Below are positions 13,066-27,608 of a DNA stretch of 64,000 bases, piece by piece. Position 1 is the first letter of the stretch. Every line of letters starts with the position of its first letter. Under the pieces are notes generated by a model, which ran no database searches, was not told the origin of the DNA, and saw only the letters and a list, made by a program, of their open reading frames with translations. The translations under genes were made by a program, and so were the position numbers. The stretch lies in contig OX597816.1 of NCBI GenBank assembly GCA_951406725.2, positions 34,720,001-34,784,000 of the forward strand, read 5' to 3'. Origin of the DNA: Octopus vulgaris (lineage: Eukaryota).

Positions 13066-15080
13066 AACCTAGTTAGTAAAAACAACTATTATTTTATTTT
13101 ATAAGCCACACAGTCACTACCTATCTACAGATTTATTATCAATTTAGATTTAATCATATTAGATTTAACGTTATATAAATTGCTTTGCTTTCAAGCAAAG
13201 ACTATAAAATTACAACGGAAAATTACCTTCACGTACAGTTATGGGTCCCTATAAAATATAATTGTTGAGAGTTGTATGTATTTTACATGTTAAGCACATC
13301 TAAATTTGAATTGTCTACAGTTACAAATTGAACTTTCAAACATATATGGATAAATGGTCGTTATAAAGGTTCCATTTAAATTGTAACATGACTATAAACA
13401 AGACCGCTTCTTTAAAAGTATTTTGGTAAATATTATAAAAGAAGATGACAACTCTAGAAGCATTTTTCTTAGAACATACTTTCATAAATACTGTTAATGA
13501 AATGAGTTAGTAGTTTTTTCAGTAATACGTAAAAGAAATAAGACATTTTGTTTTCATTGTATCACAAATATCAAGAGAGCCCTATATTTCAACTGATGCG
13601 AATTTCTAAAGTATATAAATAAACAAGAGGAACCTATGGAGAGTGTGATAAATTCTCATAGCAGCTATAACTTTCCATCTTGTCAAACTTCGCGGCTTAT
13701 CTGTTATGATTGCGGATTAAGCTACATTATCTCTGAGTAAATCCCAAATAAACTTTGGTAAATATTATTCATAACCAACCCGTATAATTTCGCGGAACAT
13801 ATATCTGCTGTCATATCGGTTATATCTGAGCCATCAGTTTATTCATGATAGCAATTACAAAGCATTCTTAGCAAATGGCAACATTATATATGCAAAAGCA
13901 TTCAGTGTGAATTTCATAGAAATTCCGACAAATCGACTCATGTCATGCAGTTCCTAGGGTAATAAGTAGATATAGACTGACAGATTCACGAAAATAAAAG
14001 CCAGTTACTTTGTTGCTACACATTTCCTCATTTTAGTATATAAACGTTCCATTCCGCCATTTCCAATGCATACAATGATCACAGCTTTGACAGTCACAGT
14101 TTGGAGTAAAGAGTTACAAACTGGAAATCATTTATCTTTTATTTTATCTTTTCCTACCGCTTTTAGAGAGTGGGCTCAATACATATGCAAAACACGCTTT
14201 TTAAAAATTTCAATCATGTTTAGTTGTACAGATTTGTATATAATGTCTCCTCATGGCATTAAGCCGCTTTTAACACTAATGTATCAAGTATGAACGCTTG
14301 CACAGAGAGAGAGAGAGAGAGAGATGTGGAGAAAGAGACAGAAAGAGACAGCGAGTAAGACATATAGACACACAGACAGACGCACAGATACAGAAATACT
14401 TTTTTTTCAGTTTAAAACATCTTCTTTAACAATCGTTTTATACCTGTTCTGCTTGCTCCATGCATATAGATATATAATCATTTTTTTAACATTGAATGCA
14501 AGGTCTTTATCTTAGGACAAGATAGTATTTTAAGAGAAAGCGCATATTTTCATGATATTGAAAGCAGAGTTCTTATAATTTGAAGAAGAATGTGTTTATG
14601 AACTCAACTTCACTGATTGAAATATATTTCTGTAATATTAACATGCATTATATCGATAAATCTGCAAAGTTGATGCAGAAACACATCTGTCACATATATG
14701 CACGAACCCACACAATTTTACAAATGCACACGTCCACACATATTCTTTTTTATCATTCTCATTATATATATGTATATATATATATATATATGAAACAACA
14801 TACAGCTTACATCCGCACACACACATATATACATGGATGCAGTGACCGTGCATTTGTACGCGAGTGCATATGCACATATGTTTCTTAACTAAAAGCAGAC
14901 AAATACATAAAACAGAATTATATAATGTATAACGGAATGCAGTGACACTAAAAAACTTTGTATATGTACTTGTGTGTTTGTGTGTGTACAAATGTATGTA
15001 TGTGGCATATATGTGTGTATGTGGATAAATGCATGCTCACACATACATACATATATATATATATACATATATTTACAGAA

Positions 15081-15260
15081 AAACAAACGATGAAGACAGG
15101 TGTATAAACAACTAGCAGGTGTATTAGTTTAACACTCGAGAAGGTGAGAAAGTATTTTACGTTTCGTGCCTACACTCTTCAACGGAAAGCAATACGAGAA
15201 AATAAACAGAGAGAGAATATAAAAAAAAAGCTTTAGCGGTTAGTGGTCATTCATGGTGGC
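15081..15260 (-). mobile_element. Short PLE-derived repeat with degenerate HHR core
   Basis: Homologous to 41430-41580 and 61540-61700. The minus strand reads TTGAAGA-gtg-tagg-cac-GAAA-cg-TA, but stem I is lost. Confidence 0.6.
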
Positions 15261-15264
15261 TGCC

Positions 15265-15336
<72 letters not shown>

Positions 15337-15513
15337 ATGTATGTATGTATGTATATATTGACAGGGCAAGACTGCTAGGTGGTTGACCGTATGCAAGAAA
15401 TAGATCATCAACGATCAAACTACGAAGAACGTTCTCTAGAGGAAAAGTTCAGCGAACACCAGAAACAAATTAGGCGGGTAAGATAGATGAAAATTTATAT
15501 AAAAAACAGAATT

Positions 15514-15592
15514 GATCGCATACCTAGGTTTCAACTATTAACAAAAGAATTACTTACATAATTCAAATGTCCGTAGTTTCGTCAGTACGATC
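15514..15592 (-). ncRNA. Type I hammerhead ribozyme, canonical core
   Basis: Reverse complement reads gatcgta-CTGACGA-aacta..tagtt-GAAA-cctagg-TA-tgcgatc: 7-bp stem I, long stem II, palindromic stem III, GUA site. Confidence 0.85.
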
Positions 15593-15628
15593 GCCCAGAC
15601 CAAATGTAATCTGAAAAACTAACCCCTG

Positions 15629-15700
<72 letters not shown>

Positions 15701-15719
15701 TGTATGTATGTATGTATGT

Positions 15720-15751
<32 letters not shown>

Positions 15752-17170
15752 CAAAATCAGAAATTAGTGCCGAAAATACCAAGAACTGCAGATTGTATCT
15801 TCATAAATTCTATCTTTGTACATGGAGCAAAAACATAAATCCGTATCACATAGTGTGAGAGAGAATAACTATATGCAATTGTATTTGAGTGAGTGTTGTG
15901 GTTGTTTGTGTGTGCGAGGTGAAATTGGTAAAAGTTAAACCCAATGGCTGTGGGTACGGTTGAAGAAAATTTTCGTTTTGTCCAACACATTGACGCATAA
16001 CAATAACTCAAGTAGCAGCTGAGCGAAAATTTGCTCAGCAGTATTATGTGTTTATCACATGCTCCCACACTTTCTGTTATTGCTTACTATCGTCTTTTGC
16101 AGTTTGCGGCTTCCTCTACTTTTTAAGCGTTTTCTTTGTGGCGGTAACATGCCCCATTATGGCAAATGGACGATTTCAACAGCTAGACACTGAGAATATG
16201 TTAACAAAACACGCGGTAATAAGTATGAGAATTTTTGCCACAGACGCTGCCAGTAGCACATACTCCATGTTCAGCAAATATCACCGAATAGCCAGTATCT
16301 CTGTTTTTGAGGATGCGTTGCATCTTGGATCGCATCAGCGAAAGACCCACCTTGTTCGTTTTACATAAATCAAAATGAACTTGCGCCGGGCTCCAAAATT
16401 AATCAAAACGTCAACTTGTTTATTATGGCAACGTTCATTCGACTAGTAAAACACTGACTAAAAAATTTAAAGGCTCAATCTAGCAATGCGTAGTAGCAGT
16501 GGGGATGCAGAAAAGGTTTGGAGTATGAGTGCATTTGTCTCGCCTTCGTTCCGTACAAATTTATTTGCCAGATGTTTTCGACAAGGAGTTCAAGAAAATT
16601 GAAAAGTCAAAGAAGTGAACTTGTATTTGATTGAATAGCAATTAACTGAATTATAGTAAATATTGTAAATACGAATATTACGCCTAAAGTAAAATGTAAT
16701 ACAGTCATGATTTATTAATAAAATTGTTATTATAACAAAATTGCTATTATATCATAATTGTTATTATACCAAAATACTATTAATATGTTGGGTTTATGTT
16801 TATGCTACACACAGAAAACCTATATGCTCTAACAAATATATTCCGTCTTTATCAATATTTTGTTCAAATTAAGAGACAATGAAATCAATATTTAAAACGG
16901 ATGCTATTTTTTGACTACACGAAGTAATTAGCAGATCAAGAAAAAATAACGTGACAAAATGACATATTAAAATTGTAAAAATATATATATATATATTTAG
17001 TCAAGTTGGATTAAATGGTGATTTCAACAACTGTCAGTTCATGCCTATTGATATTTCATAAAATATATTTCGGTCAACTACTATGAAATCAAGAATGGAA
17101 GGATTCCGAAATGCACTGAAAGTAGCAAAATGTGTATATGTGTATGAATGTGACAGAGTACGCGTTTAGT

Positions 17171-17212
<42 letters not shown>

Positions 17213-17296
17213 CATATATACACACAGACACATATATGAAATTGAGATTTTCTATTATAATAGGATGTATATGTCTGTGTGTATGTGTGAATAAAT

Positions 17297-17896
17297 TGTA
17301 TGATTAATTTATAAAATGCAGTTATACAAATCCAAACATATTTGTCAAAATTGGAGGAGATAAGATGTTAAAAAGTTGTATGTTTATTCAGGCATGCAAT
17401 CGTTTCGTACACAGATATAAATTTATTTTAGAATTTGCATATCTCAATGTAATCACCAGTACAGAACAAATAATAGGAACTTAATAAAAGAGCACAGAAT
17501 TTGGATCTGTGAGTTTCATGTTTATCTATTCATATCCATGTGTGTTAGTGATAGGATTCACGTCAATTATGAAACCACAATTCGAGTTGTGGTTTAATAA
17601 ATGACATGAGATGTGGTTTAATAATATACATGACTCCCATCACTATCACACATAAATAGGAACAAATACATATGAAACTCATAGATCCAACTTCTCTGCT
17701 TCTTATTTATAGTTCCTATTATTTTTCTGCAATGATGAGCACTTCGAAATATGCAAATCCTAAAATGAATTCATATTTATATGTACGAAATGAGTGTATG
17801 CATGAATAAACTTCTTACATTTTAATATCTTATCTCCTCCATTTTTGACAAATATGATTGGATTTATAGAACTTCATACTATAAATCAATAATACA
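17297..17896. mobile_element. About 600-bp foldback palindrome (MITE-like)
   Basis: Arms of about 290 bp are diverged inverted copies, e.g. catatttgtcaaaattggaggagataagat versus atcttatctcctccatttttgacaaatatg. Confidence 0.8.
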
Positions 17897-18120
17897 CTTA
17901 ATAAACTAATACTATTTTTCATATCTACGCAAATTTACACCAGTAACTTCTCTGCAAAGAATGAAGAATCAACTTTAGAAATCATTTTGGAAACCACTCC
18001 AAGTAAGGTACGGAAGGACATTCAGTCTTTTACACACATATATACGTGCATATGTATATATGTGTACATACATACGTACATACATACATACATACACATA
18101 TATATATATATATATATATG

Positions 18121-18158
<38 letters not shown>

Positions 18159-18208
18159 GTATATATATTTATATATATACATATATATATATATATATTA
18201 TGTATATA

Positions 18209-18260
<52 letters not shown>

Positions 18261-18334
18261 TTTGTATAAATATATATGTGTGTGTGTTTATACATACATA
18301 TGTGTATACATATGTGTATATGTGTATATGAGTG

Positions 18335-18750
18335 TGTGCTGAAAATTTCATAGGCTGACTATGGAATTACGTCACAAATGTGTAACTGATCCTGTATTAA
18401 TTTCAGCGATTCCTATTAAAATTTGCATAGTTTCTTTCCTAGTAAATTTGTATAAGACTACTAAAAAGAGGGCTTCAAAAGTAACTAGTTGCAGATTCTC
18501 ATGATATTATGGACACAATTTGGCATCGTTCTGTTATCAAATACCTACAGTTACAGGGTTTCACCCGCAATGACATTCATGCTTACCCAGTTAGTACATT
18601 TATGGATGACGATCGAGCTATTGCGACAGCGCAAAAGCAGGCTGTTCAATTTGGAGGGGAAGTGAGAGTGTTGAAGACGACTGAGTTTCTAGACGTTTGG
18701 CAACTGTCACCACTGAGGTAAAACATCGATAACATGCACCACATAGTGCT
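18335..18750 (+). mobile_element. Mariner transposon 5' fragment
   Basis: MDTIWHRSVIKYLQLQGFTRNDIH is a mariner N-terminal HTH. The terminal ttcataggctg is shared with 38220. Confidence 0.8.
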
Positions 18751-19026
18751 GAATTACATATATACACATGATCCCTATGTAGGTTCGCCTATCGTGGTCT
18801 TTTATTCAAGGTTTTGTTGAGTCTACCGTGGTATCGTTTTGCATTTATATTAAAAGATATATATACAAATTATAAAAATAATTTTAAAATATATACTGCA
18901 CAGGTATTGTTTCTACTTCGCGAATTTTCAACTTTTGCAAACGTATTACCCAAGATAGTCGAGGGATTACTGTAATAGATAATATAATACAATATATATT
19001 TTATATATACATAAGTACGTACATAA

Positions 19027-19119
<93 letters not shown>

Positions 19120-19140
19120 GTTTGTGTATTTATGTATATG

Positions 19141-19178
<38 letters not shown>

Positions 19179-19239
19179 TGCATATATATAATATGATTTA
19201 AACTTTTACCATAAGGGCATCCATTTTGGAAGAGTGGAT

Positions 19240-19407
19240 ACGTCGATTATATCGACCCCAGTAATATCACTGGCACATAATTTACCGACCCCGAAAGAAT
19301 GAAAGGTAAAGTCGACCTCAGTGGAATTTGAACTCAGAACGTAGTGACGGGCGAAATACCGCTAAATATTTCGCCCTTTCTGCTAATGTATCTGCCAGCT
19401 CGCCCCA
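19240..19407 (-). mobile_element. SINE family A
   Basis: tcgaccccgaaagaatgaaaggtaaagtcgacctcagtggaatttgaactcagaacgta matches 44360-44420. Confidence 0.85.
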
Positions 19408-19964
19408 TATTGCATAATGCACAATCCGTTTATTTTTCAGTAGCGAAGTTGAATAATTTAAAAGTTATCTGTAAGGCCTGTAAGCTCATAAATATCAGTG
19501 TAGTCTTTTATTTTCTTCTTTTCTTTTTATGGGTTTGGGAGAAGGATGTTCCTGTATCCACATTTTTTTTATTTCCATTTTGAAACATAGGCATATTTTC
19601 TAAAATGGGAGAATACATGTCCTGATGTTAGGATATAAATTACGTGGGGAATCATTTATTCAGATAAGGTGACACATATTCAAATTTAAAGAGCAATTCC
19701 TATATATTCTATGAATACATTTCTGTATAACCATTCATCTGAAGTGTGAATATCTTTTTAACATTTCTAAGAAAACCTATTTCCGTTTATGCACAAAATC
19801 ATTAAAAATTACGTTGAAGATATCGTCACTTATCTAATATTTCCTCCATTACTTTTTTTTCCAATTAATTAGCTTTTTACGAGAACTTTTTCGTATATTC
19901 CGCTGAAAGTTATGTATTCTTCTTCACTTGTTTCATTTAATTATATTTTTTTTTTCCATTAGTA

Positions 19965-20160
19965 AGGCGGCATGATGGCAAAATCGTTTTTACGCCGATC
20001 AAAATGTTTAGCATCATTTCGTCCATTTTTACGTTCAGAGGTCGACTTTACATTACAACCGTTTAGGGGTCGATAAAATAAGTATTAGTGGAACACTGGG
20101 GTCGATCTGATCGACTTTTAGCCTGCCTTGAACAAGCTGGCCTTGTGCCAAAATTTGAAA
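19965..20160 (+). mobile_element. SINE family A, diverged
   Basis: ggcggcatgatggcaaaatcg..gaggtcgacttt..ggggtcgataaaataagta is the opposite-strand form of the family A sequence. Confidence 0.75.
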
Positions 20161-21197
20161 TCTATATCTTTCCTTAGTTTTGGTATAACTCATTTTTAAA
20201 TTCTAAGTCTATTCCGTGTCAATAGGATTCCATTTAATATTTGTCGGATTATTTCGTTTGAACATGCCAACGAAAATATTTCGACAGCGAAAGCACTTCA
20301 TTGTGTTCTATATAATTATGATATGTTATATGTTGTCAAAAGAATGGTTGATCTTACTGTAGACAAATAGTTGGAAAAGAGTGCTAATAACATTTTGAAG
20401 ATAAAACTGAAGAGAATTACAAACTTTTCCTCTGGGAGTTTATCAGTTAAAGACTAAACATTATAAAAACTTAAATATTGTAATAACCAAAGAAAAATTG
20501 CTCGTTTGTCTCATCTGTCTGGCTTTTGATGCAAATAAGCTGTAAGAGTATAGTGAAACACCATGCGCACTATAACACTGTTTTGAACTGAAAGAAACAC
20601 GAAGAAAGTACGTATGTATGTAGAGTCACCAGTTGGTTGTGCGTGCTTATAGATAAATACGGATAGCCAAATGCCGTCCCGCGTCTGGACAAAATACGGC
20701 AGTGTAACTGTATGAATTGTTTGGGTGGTATGATTATGTAGTATGGCTCTGGATGTTGGATCTATAATAATCCAAAATGCATCATTCATTCTTACAATCT
20801 ATAAGTATCGGCTTGAACTTTAGCTTAAAGCAGCGAAAAGAGTGAATAAGATGCGATTTGTTTCTTATTGTGCAGAATAACTTGCATGGTCGAGCAGGTG
20901 TTTCTCCAACTCGGAGAACTTGTTCAGTATAAAGTTGAACTTCTCAAATCATTCTCTATTATTATTATTAATTCTGTGCTATGAGATCGCTTTCTACTTG
21001 TATGCATATTATGTATCAAACTAGATGGTGTGAATTTTGGCTCTTTTGCATAATTGAACGGGAGTCGTATCTCATAACTTACTCTGACTTGGTAGCATGT
21101 GCCTTGATTTCACTAATTATAATTATATGCCAAAACAGTTATGATCAGAGAAATAAACTACGAATTTATCCGCTATTTCTAAATGATTGATGATATG

Positions 21198-21410
21198 TAC
21201 CTATTTCTTTACTACCCACAAGGGGCTAAACAAAGAGTGGACAAACAAGGACAGACAAACGGATTAAGTGCGTAACAGGTACTTAATTTATTGACCTCGA
21301 AAGGATGAAAGGCAAAGTCGACCTCGACGGAATTTGAACTCAGAACGTAACGGCAGACGAAATACCGCTAAGCATTTCACCCGGCGTGCTAACGATTCTG
21401 CCAGCTCGAC
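21198..21410 (-). mobile_element. SINE family A with internal deletion
   Basis: Colinear with 44255-44485. A decayed family D-like SINE follows at about 21420-21570. Confidence 0.88.
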
Positions 21411-21946
21411 GTACCACCTATCGCTCAGTGTCCATTGCAGCTGAGTTCACTGGAGTAACGTGAAAACGATTATGCTGATCAAAATAAAAACGTACCGCTC
21501 AGTCCGGAAACACTCCACAACATTATGATTCTGACTCCTGACCCCTAACCACAATTCTACGCACCTTCTCATAGCTGTCGTATAACAGTGCATAGATTGA
21601 TAATCGTCACGCAAAAACATAATTTATGTAACCAATAATTTTCAAAATACGCAACAAAACAATAATGTATATCTTACTTGTGTCTTTCTAATGCTAATAA
21701 AAATTTTGAATACTTGTTCAAGTAACCAGATGTAACACATGGGTTTATTTATTTATCTACAGCTATGATTGCATTATAAATAATAATACATTGGTTCATC
21801 AAACAAGAATAATTATCTTCACCATTCCTTTCTCACAATATACATCTGCTAACATTGACATAACGTCTCATCTGTTCATTATACTTTCCGTTTCATGATG
21901 GTTTTATAATATTTTTGTAGTAGTCTTCATTAGGTGATAGTTGGTG

Positions 21947-22078
21947 TTAGTATTGATGTTGTGAACATATCTCACCGAGTTCCACATCCTTTTGCTCTTC
22001 TACCCCAGAAGTATTAAAATAAGCACGGGTCAAACATTCAATTCGATGTAAATTGTCAATATACAACCAAGCGGTTTC
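21947..22078 (-). CDS. Candidate spliced exon of an unidentified gene (ETAWLYIDNLHRIECLTRAYFNTSGVEEQKDVELGEICSQHQY*)
   Basis: Acceptor-like attttccctgcaacAG, 43 open codons in unique sequence, an internal G|GTGAG donor option and AATAAA about 200 nt downstream. No homology recognised. Confidence 0.3.
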   Translation of the reverse strand, partial: ETAWLYIDNLHRIECLTRAYFNTSGVEEQKDVELGEICSQHQY

Positions 22079-22759
22079 CTGTTGCAGGGAAAATACCTCA
22101 TATAGAAAAGATTCCATAAATCCAGTTATGTCGTTCTCAGAATTTATATAACATTAAAAACATCTTCAGGTGGGAACCAGTGAAAATATACATTAAACAA
22201 TTACTAAGGAGATAAATACCCACAGTCTGATAAACATTTGAAATGTGATAAATTATTTATATTTATTTTGGTTATATAGACAATCCAAGAAGCATGAAAT
22301 AATTTGACTTTTCTACAAGGCACAGAGCAATTTTGTCGATGCAAAAATGATAATTACAAAGAAGTGAGCACAAAAGATTTTATAATCAGAAAGAAAATAA
22401 CTAGAAAACAGGTTATATGGTTATTATACGGGTTTGGTTTAATACCCTCAGTGGATGGCAAGTTAATTGCTTTTACATTATCAATATATTTTTTTAAAGT
22501 TCCAGCTGGGTTTTTTTAAAGAAAAATCGATAACCGTTTATCTATTTTGCCCGATACATTTCCGCCTCTTTTTCATGTTTCTTCTTTTTTTTCTATTAAA
22601 TAGAGGTTTTCTGATTCACAAATGTTACTAAAACATAACTAGAAGAATTTTCTCAAATGTTGTTTCACATTCAGTTAGTGTATCCATGTGTGTTATACTA
22701 TTTCAGTATGCGTGTTTATGGTGTGGTGTGTGCGCGCAATATGTGCGTATACGTACATA

Positions 22760-22837
<78 letters not shown>

Positions 22838-22972
22838 TGTGTGTATATGTGGGTGTGTGCGTGAGTGTGCGAGTGTATGTCTGTGTATATATATATATAT
22901 ATATGCATACGTGTATATGTATACACACACGCATACACACACACAGAAGCACACAAACACACACACGCACAC

Positions 22973-23052
<80 letters not shown>

Positions 23053-23808
23053 TGATGTCTCACAATAGATACCTTCCTATAGTAACGTGTTTCTATGTTA
23101 TATATATGCCTGCGTAAATCTCTATACAGTTTCTCTGAGAGAAACAACGACGGTTGTGCTTTCTCATAGACTAAACGGTCACAGCTATATATCTGCCAAT
23201 GTCAAACGGAGATCTTGCTGATAACTGTTATCTATAACTTCTCTTTGACAGGCAAGACACTTTCTAGCATTTTAAGAGCCATGGGCATAACAAGACTGTA
23301 AATCTATTATCTTAGAAATTACATTTCTTTCGAAACGATTCGTTCATTTCAAATATTCTACTATTAAAGTATAACAATATCGGTTTTACTCCTAACCTTA
23401 TGGGTGGTGTTGCTGCAGTTATTATGGTATTTTTTGTAGTCATTGCTATGTCTGAGATGATTACGCTTTTTTCTATCTTATCGATTTTCGTTGTTTTTGC
23501 AAACTATTGCACATTTTCTAATGTATAACAGATATAAATTTCTATTCTGGAAGAAGCACCTACGCAAACACATATATATATATCCACACACCTATGTATA
23601 TATACATAGGAGTGTGAATGTGTATGTATGTGCTTATGTATGCATGCATGTATGTGTGTGTATGTATGTATGTACGCATGTATTATGTATGTATACACGT
23701 ATCCATGCATGTATGTATATGTGTATGTATATATGTATATCTGTATATGTCTCTGTGTGAGTGTTAGAGTGAGTATGTGTGTGGACCTCTATATGGGTGC
23801 ATGCGTGT

Positions 23809-23868
<60 letters not shown>

Positions 23869-24180
23869 CTATCTATCTATCTATCTACCTATATAGATAG
23901 ATATATCACTGCAAGTAAAAGTATTGTGCAATTGAGTGAGTACGGGTTTGTATGTGCTCTTATATATGTGCAAATGTGTCTACATGTACATGTATACATA
24001 AATGTGTATGACCATGTACGCATAGCTGTGTGAACCTATATTTATACATCCACTCGCTACGCGTTTATATCGCTTTCTGGATGCTTATATGATTGGATAT
24101 ATGCAACATACTAATGCTCATGTCACGATAATTGTGCAGCAACCTGCGGTTACTATGTATTTAAACAACATACATCCAAC

Positions 24181-24241
<61 letters not shown>

Positions 24242-24269
24242 ATATGTATGTATGTATCTATGTATTAAT

Positions 24270-24984
24270 CCGCAACCATAGGATGAATTGGATCAGATAA
24301 AAGGCTTAAGTAGTCTTGACTATTAATTTTGCCATGAAGGGAAACTATTGGAACGGCGGATTTCCAAGATATAGCCCCCCACCAATCACCACAGATCCTC
24401 CTCTATTTTTAACAGTTGGAAGCAGGCTGTCTGGGTCAAATGCTTCTTTTGGCTGTCTCCGCACTTATACTTCCCAGGGGATCGAAAATATGTTAAGGAT
24501 GAATCGTCCGAGAAAATAACATTTTTCCACTGCTCTAGAGGACCAAATATGTAGGCTTTTATTCCACTCTAATCGCTTTGCAACGTTTGTTTTGAAAATA
24601 GTGTTTTTTTCTGATTGCAGCCCTCCCGTGAAATCTGGCTTTGTGCAGCTCCCAGCGAACACTATTTGTGGAAACTGGTTTCTCGAGGTGATCATTAAGC
24701 TCTGCAGTAATTTTGGGAGCGGGCCATTTCTAACAATTGTGGTAAGAGTCCGACGAGCACCAACAATGTGACCTCTTTGAAAGTCCGATAGATCTATCAT
24801 TTTATTGAATTTTAATGACCTTTTTCTGGTGATATCTGAAAAGAAACAGCAATTTTAGAAAAAAACGTATTAAGTAACACTAATAAGAAATGAAAGCAGA
24901 AAAAAAGGTTTTGATGGTTTTCTTGATATTTCATAATTATGATGCTATGATGCTTGTTGTTTACATTATTTTGTCTAACTCTCG
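24270..24984 (-). mobile_element. Internally deleted Tc1-family relic
   Basis: MIDLSDFQRGHIVGAR and TVKNRGGSVVI..SLHGKINSQDY fragments. The end resembles the TIR at 45659. Confidence 0.85.
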
Positions 24985-25012
24985 TACATATATGTATTGT
25001 GTGTGTGTGTGT

Positions 25013-25062
<50 letters not shown>

Positions 25063-25091
25063 AGAGACAGACGGACAGACTGATAGACAGG

Positions 25092-25159
<68 letters not shown>

Positions 25160-27561
25160 TACATATACATATGTATGTATATAATAAATCACACGATTAT
25201 AAACAGAATAAATACATTTTAATAACATTATCTACCGTGTATAGACATTCTAAAACATTTTATTTCTATTTTTTTAAATCGAAGCTAATAAAGACCAACA
25301 CTAGCACCCACCTCCGTATGTTCCATACTTTGTGAAAGACTGAAAACGTCAGCTAAAATATACATATGTGAACACAAAATAGCAAAAAATCAAACACACT
25401 TACAAATTAGATGTTTGATAGTCATAGGAGAAGTTTTCAACCAAATTAAATTGTGATCTAGATGTAACACAAGGGTTTAGTTATTTACCTATATCTATGG
25501 TTGTATTATAAATAGTACATTGGGCTATCAAAGAATAATAAATATCTTCACCATTCCTTTCTCACAATATACATCTGCTAAAATTGACATAACGTCCCAT
25601 CTGTTCATTATACTTTCCGTTTCCTTTTGGTTTTACATATTTGTAGTTCTGTATGTTACATATTTTTGTATAGGTTTTCGTATTTAAGAAGATTAAGTTA
25701 TTGGTCTCACATTAAACTATTGTTTCCAATTCAAATGTATTTTTATAGCAACTCTTAAGATTTTCAAACATTAATCTTAAGTTTTCATTTCAATATTTTT
25801 TCTGCGCTTGTTTCCGTTTCATTTTCTTTCCTTGCCTTTCATTTTATTTGCATCCTACATCTAATTTCTCAATATATTTAACGGTTTCTAATCTCATCTG
25901 TTTTCTTTTGTTCCTGTATTTTGTGTGTGTGTGTGTGTATAGATAGATACATAGACAGGCAGACAGACATACATATATACACACATGCATACATACATAA
26001 ATACATCCATGTAAATAGATATAGGTATAAATATGTGTACCTTTATACACATTTGATTTTTCATCCTTTGATATTTCATGAATTACTTTTAGGATGTATC
26101 CTTCTTGAATTATTAATCCCTACAGCAATATTTGATTAATGTGCTAAAATAGCCATGCTCATATGCGACAAGTGTTATTAAATTTTATTCGACATTTATT
26201 CTTAAATCTGATATCAATTTTCGCTAACACTGCATCACATTTTCCAGCGGATAAAATTAATTCTGAAACGTCACGATAAACTTTCGAATTGCCTTTCATT
26301 ATTTACTTTTGCGATGTATCAATTACATATGCGTGTAAAATTTATACACATTTATACAGTAACGAATTATTGCAAAATTTGACTTCTGTCTGATGATCTG
26401 TTACGTCAGACTCAGAATAACTATCTTAGAGCTTCGATTAAACACTCACATGAACGTGTATGCACATATGTGTATCTATGTCTATAGGTATAAATATATA
26501 CACATTATATACATTAAAACAAATATTCATATGTATATATACATATACATACTCACAAATAGATATCCATATGTGTATACATTCACACACACGTATATAT
26601 ACATACATATATATATATATATATATATGTATATGTATATATACATATATATATATGTATGTATGTATGTATATGCATCGTGTATGGGATATGTTTAGAT
26701 ATATTATTTTTTCTTTATGCGTTGAGTTATTTGCATTTACTTTTCAAAAAGTTTCCATGCTAATATATATATCAAAAAAATTTTTGATGTTTATTATTGA
26801 GATGAAATATATTTAATCGTTTTGTTAAACGAAAATAGAATTCCAGCAAATGCTTTCAAACTGTCATGTACGACAATGGATATTAAATATTTGAAATGCG
26901 TATTTAAATTTAGACACACATGTATACATTGATGTGTTATTGACACATTAGGAAATAAACTTCTTATCACTGAATATTTCTTTTACTTCGATTCTTTTCA
27001 CTTTTGTCTTTGCTATTTACTCTAGTTGACGGAATGGCAATATAGAATTCGTTAAGCAAACTCATATTTGTGTCGAAATGAGCAAAAATTTCAGCAGCTC
27101 AAATGTTACTTCCCTTAACAAATGATCAGGCAACATGTATAATTTGTAACGTGACCTACAAACACATTCCTCAGTGTTTGCGATATAAAGGAATTTTAAA
27201 ATTATATAAATATTATTATATCTCATCTTCAATATGATCATAATCTTTTTCATGGTTTCCGTCATTGCATTCTTATATACGACACTGCACATTGAACGGA
27301 ATTCAGTGATATCATAAAGCCCAGTGTGATTTATTCCGATGACTTGGGAAATAGTAACATACAAGGACACTATATGTGCAATTCTAATGAAAATACACTC
27401 TGTTTTCTCTGGAACAATTCGCAAATAATTATAGTCCAAGCGTGATTATGTTTACATTATTAAGCCCTACGTGCCTCAAGTTCAGTGAAAATATTGAAAT
27501 ACCAATAATGGCTTTAATAGATATATATGAGTGTGTCTACGTTTATCTATCTATCTATTTG

Positions 27562-27607
<46 letters not shown>

Positions 27608-27608
<1 letters not shown>

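Noticed and set aside
17728-17760. aTGATGAgcacttcGAAA hammerhead-like string
   Set aside because: C3 is absent with no compensating change, there is no stem I or UH site, and the opposite arm of the foldback does not preserve it.
20511-20800. 92-aa minus-strand ORF with possible splice sites
   Set aside because: Weak acceptor, no recognisable domain and no linked exons.
26390-26420. CTGATGA core matches (also 33854, 45814, 51602)
   Set aside because: No stem II-GAAA-stem III-UH arrangement follows.
27062-27439. 125-aa ORF in non-repetitive sequence
   Set aside because: Non-ATG start, no motif recognised and no clear splice signals; could be chance or a TE relic.
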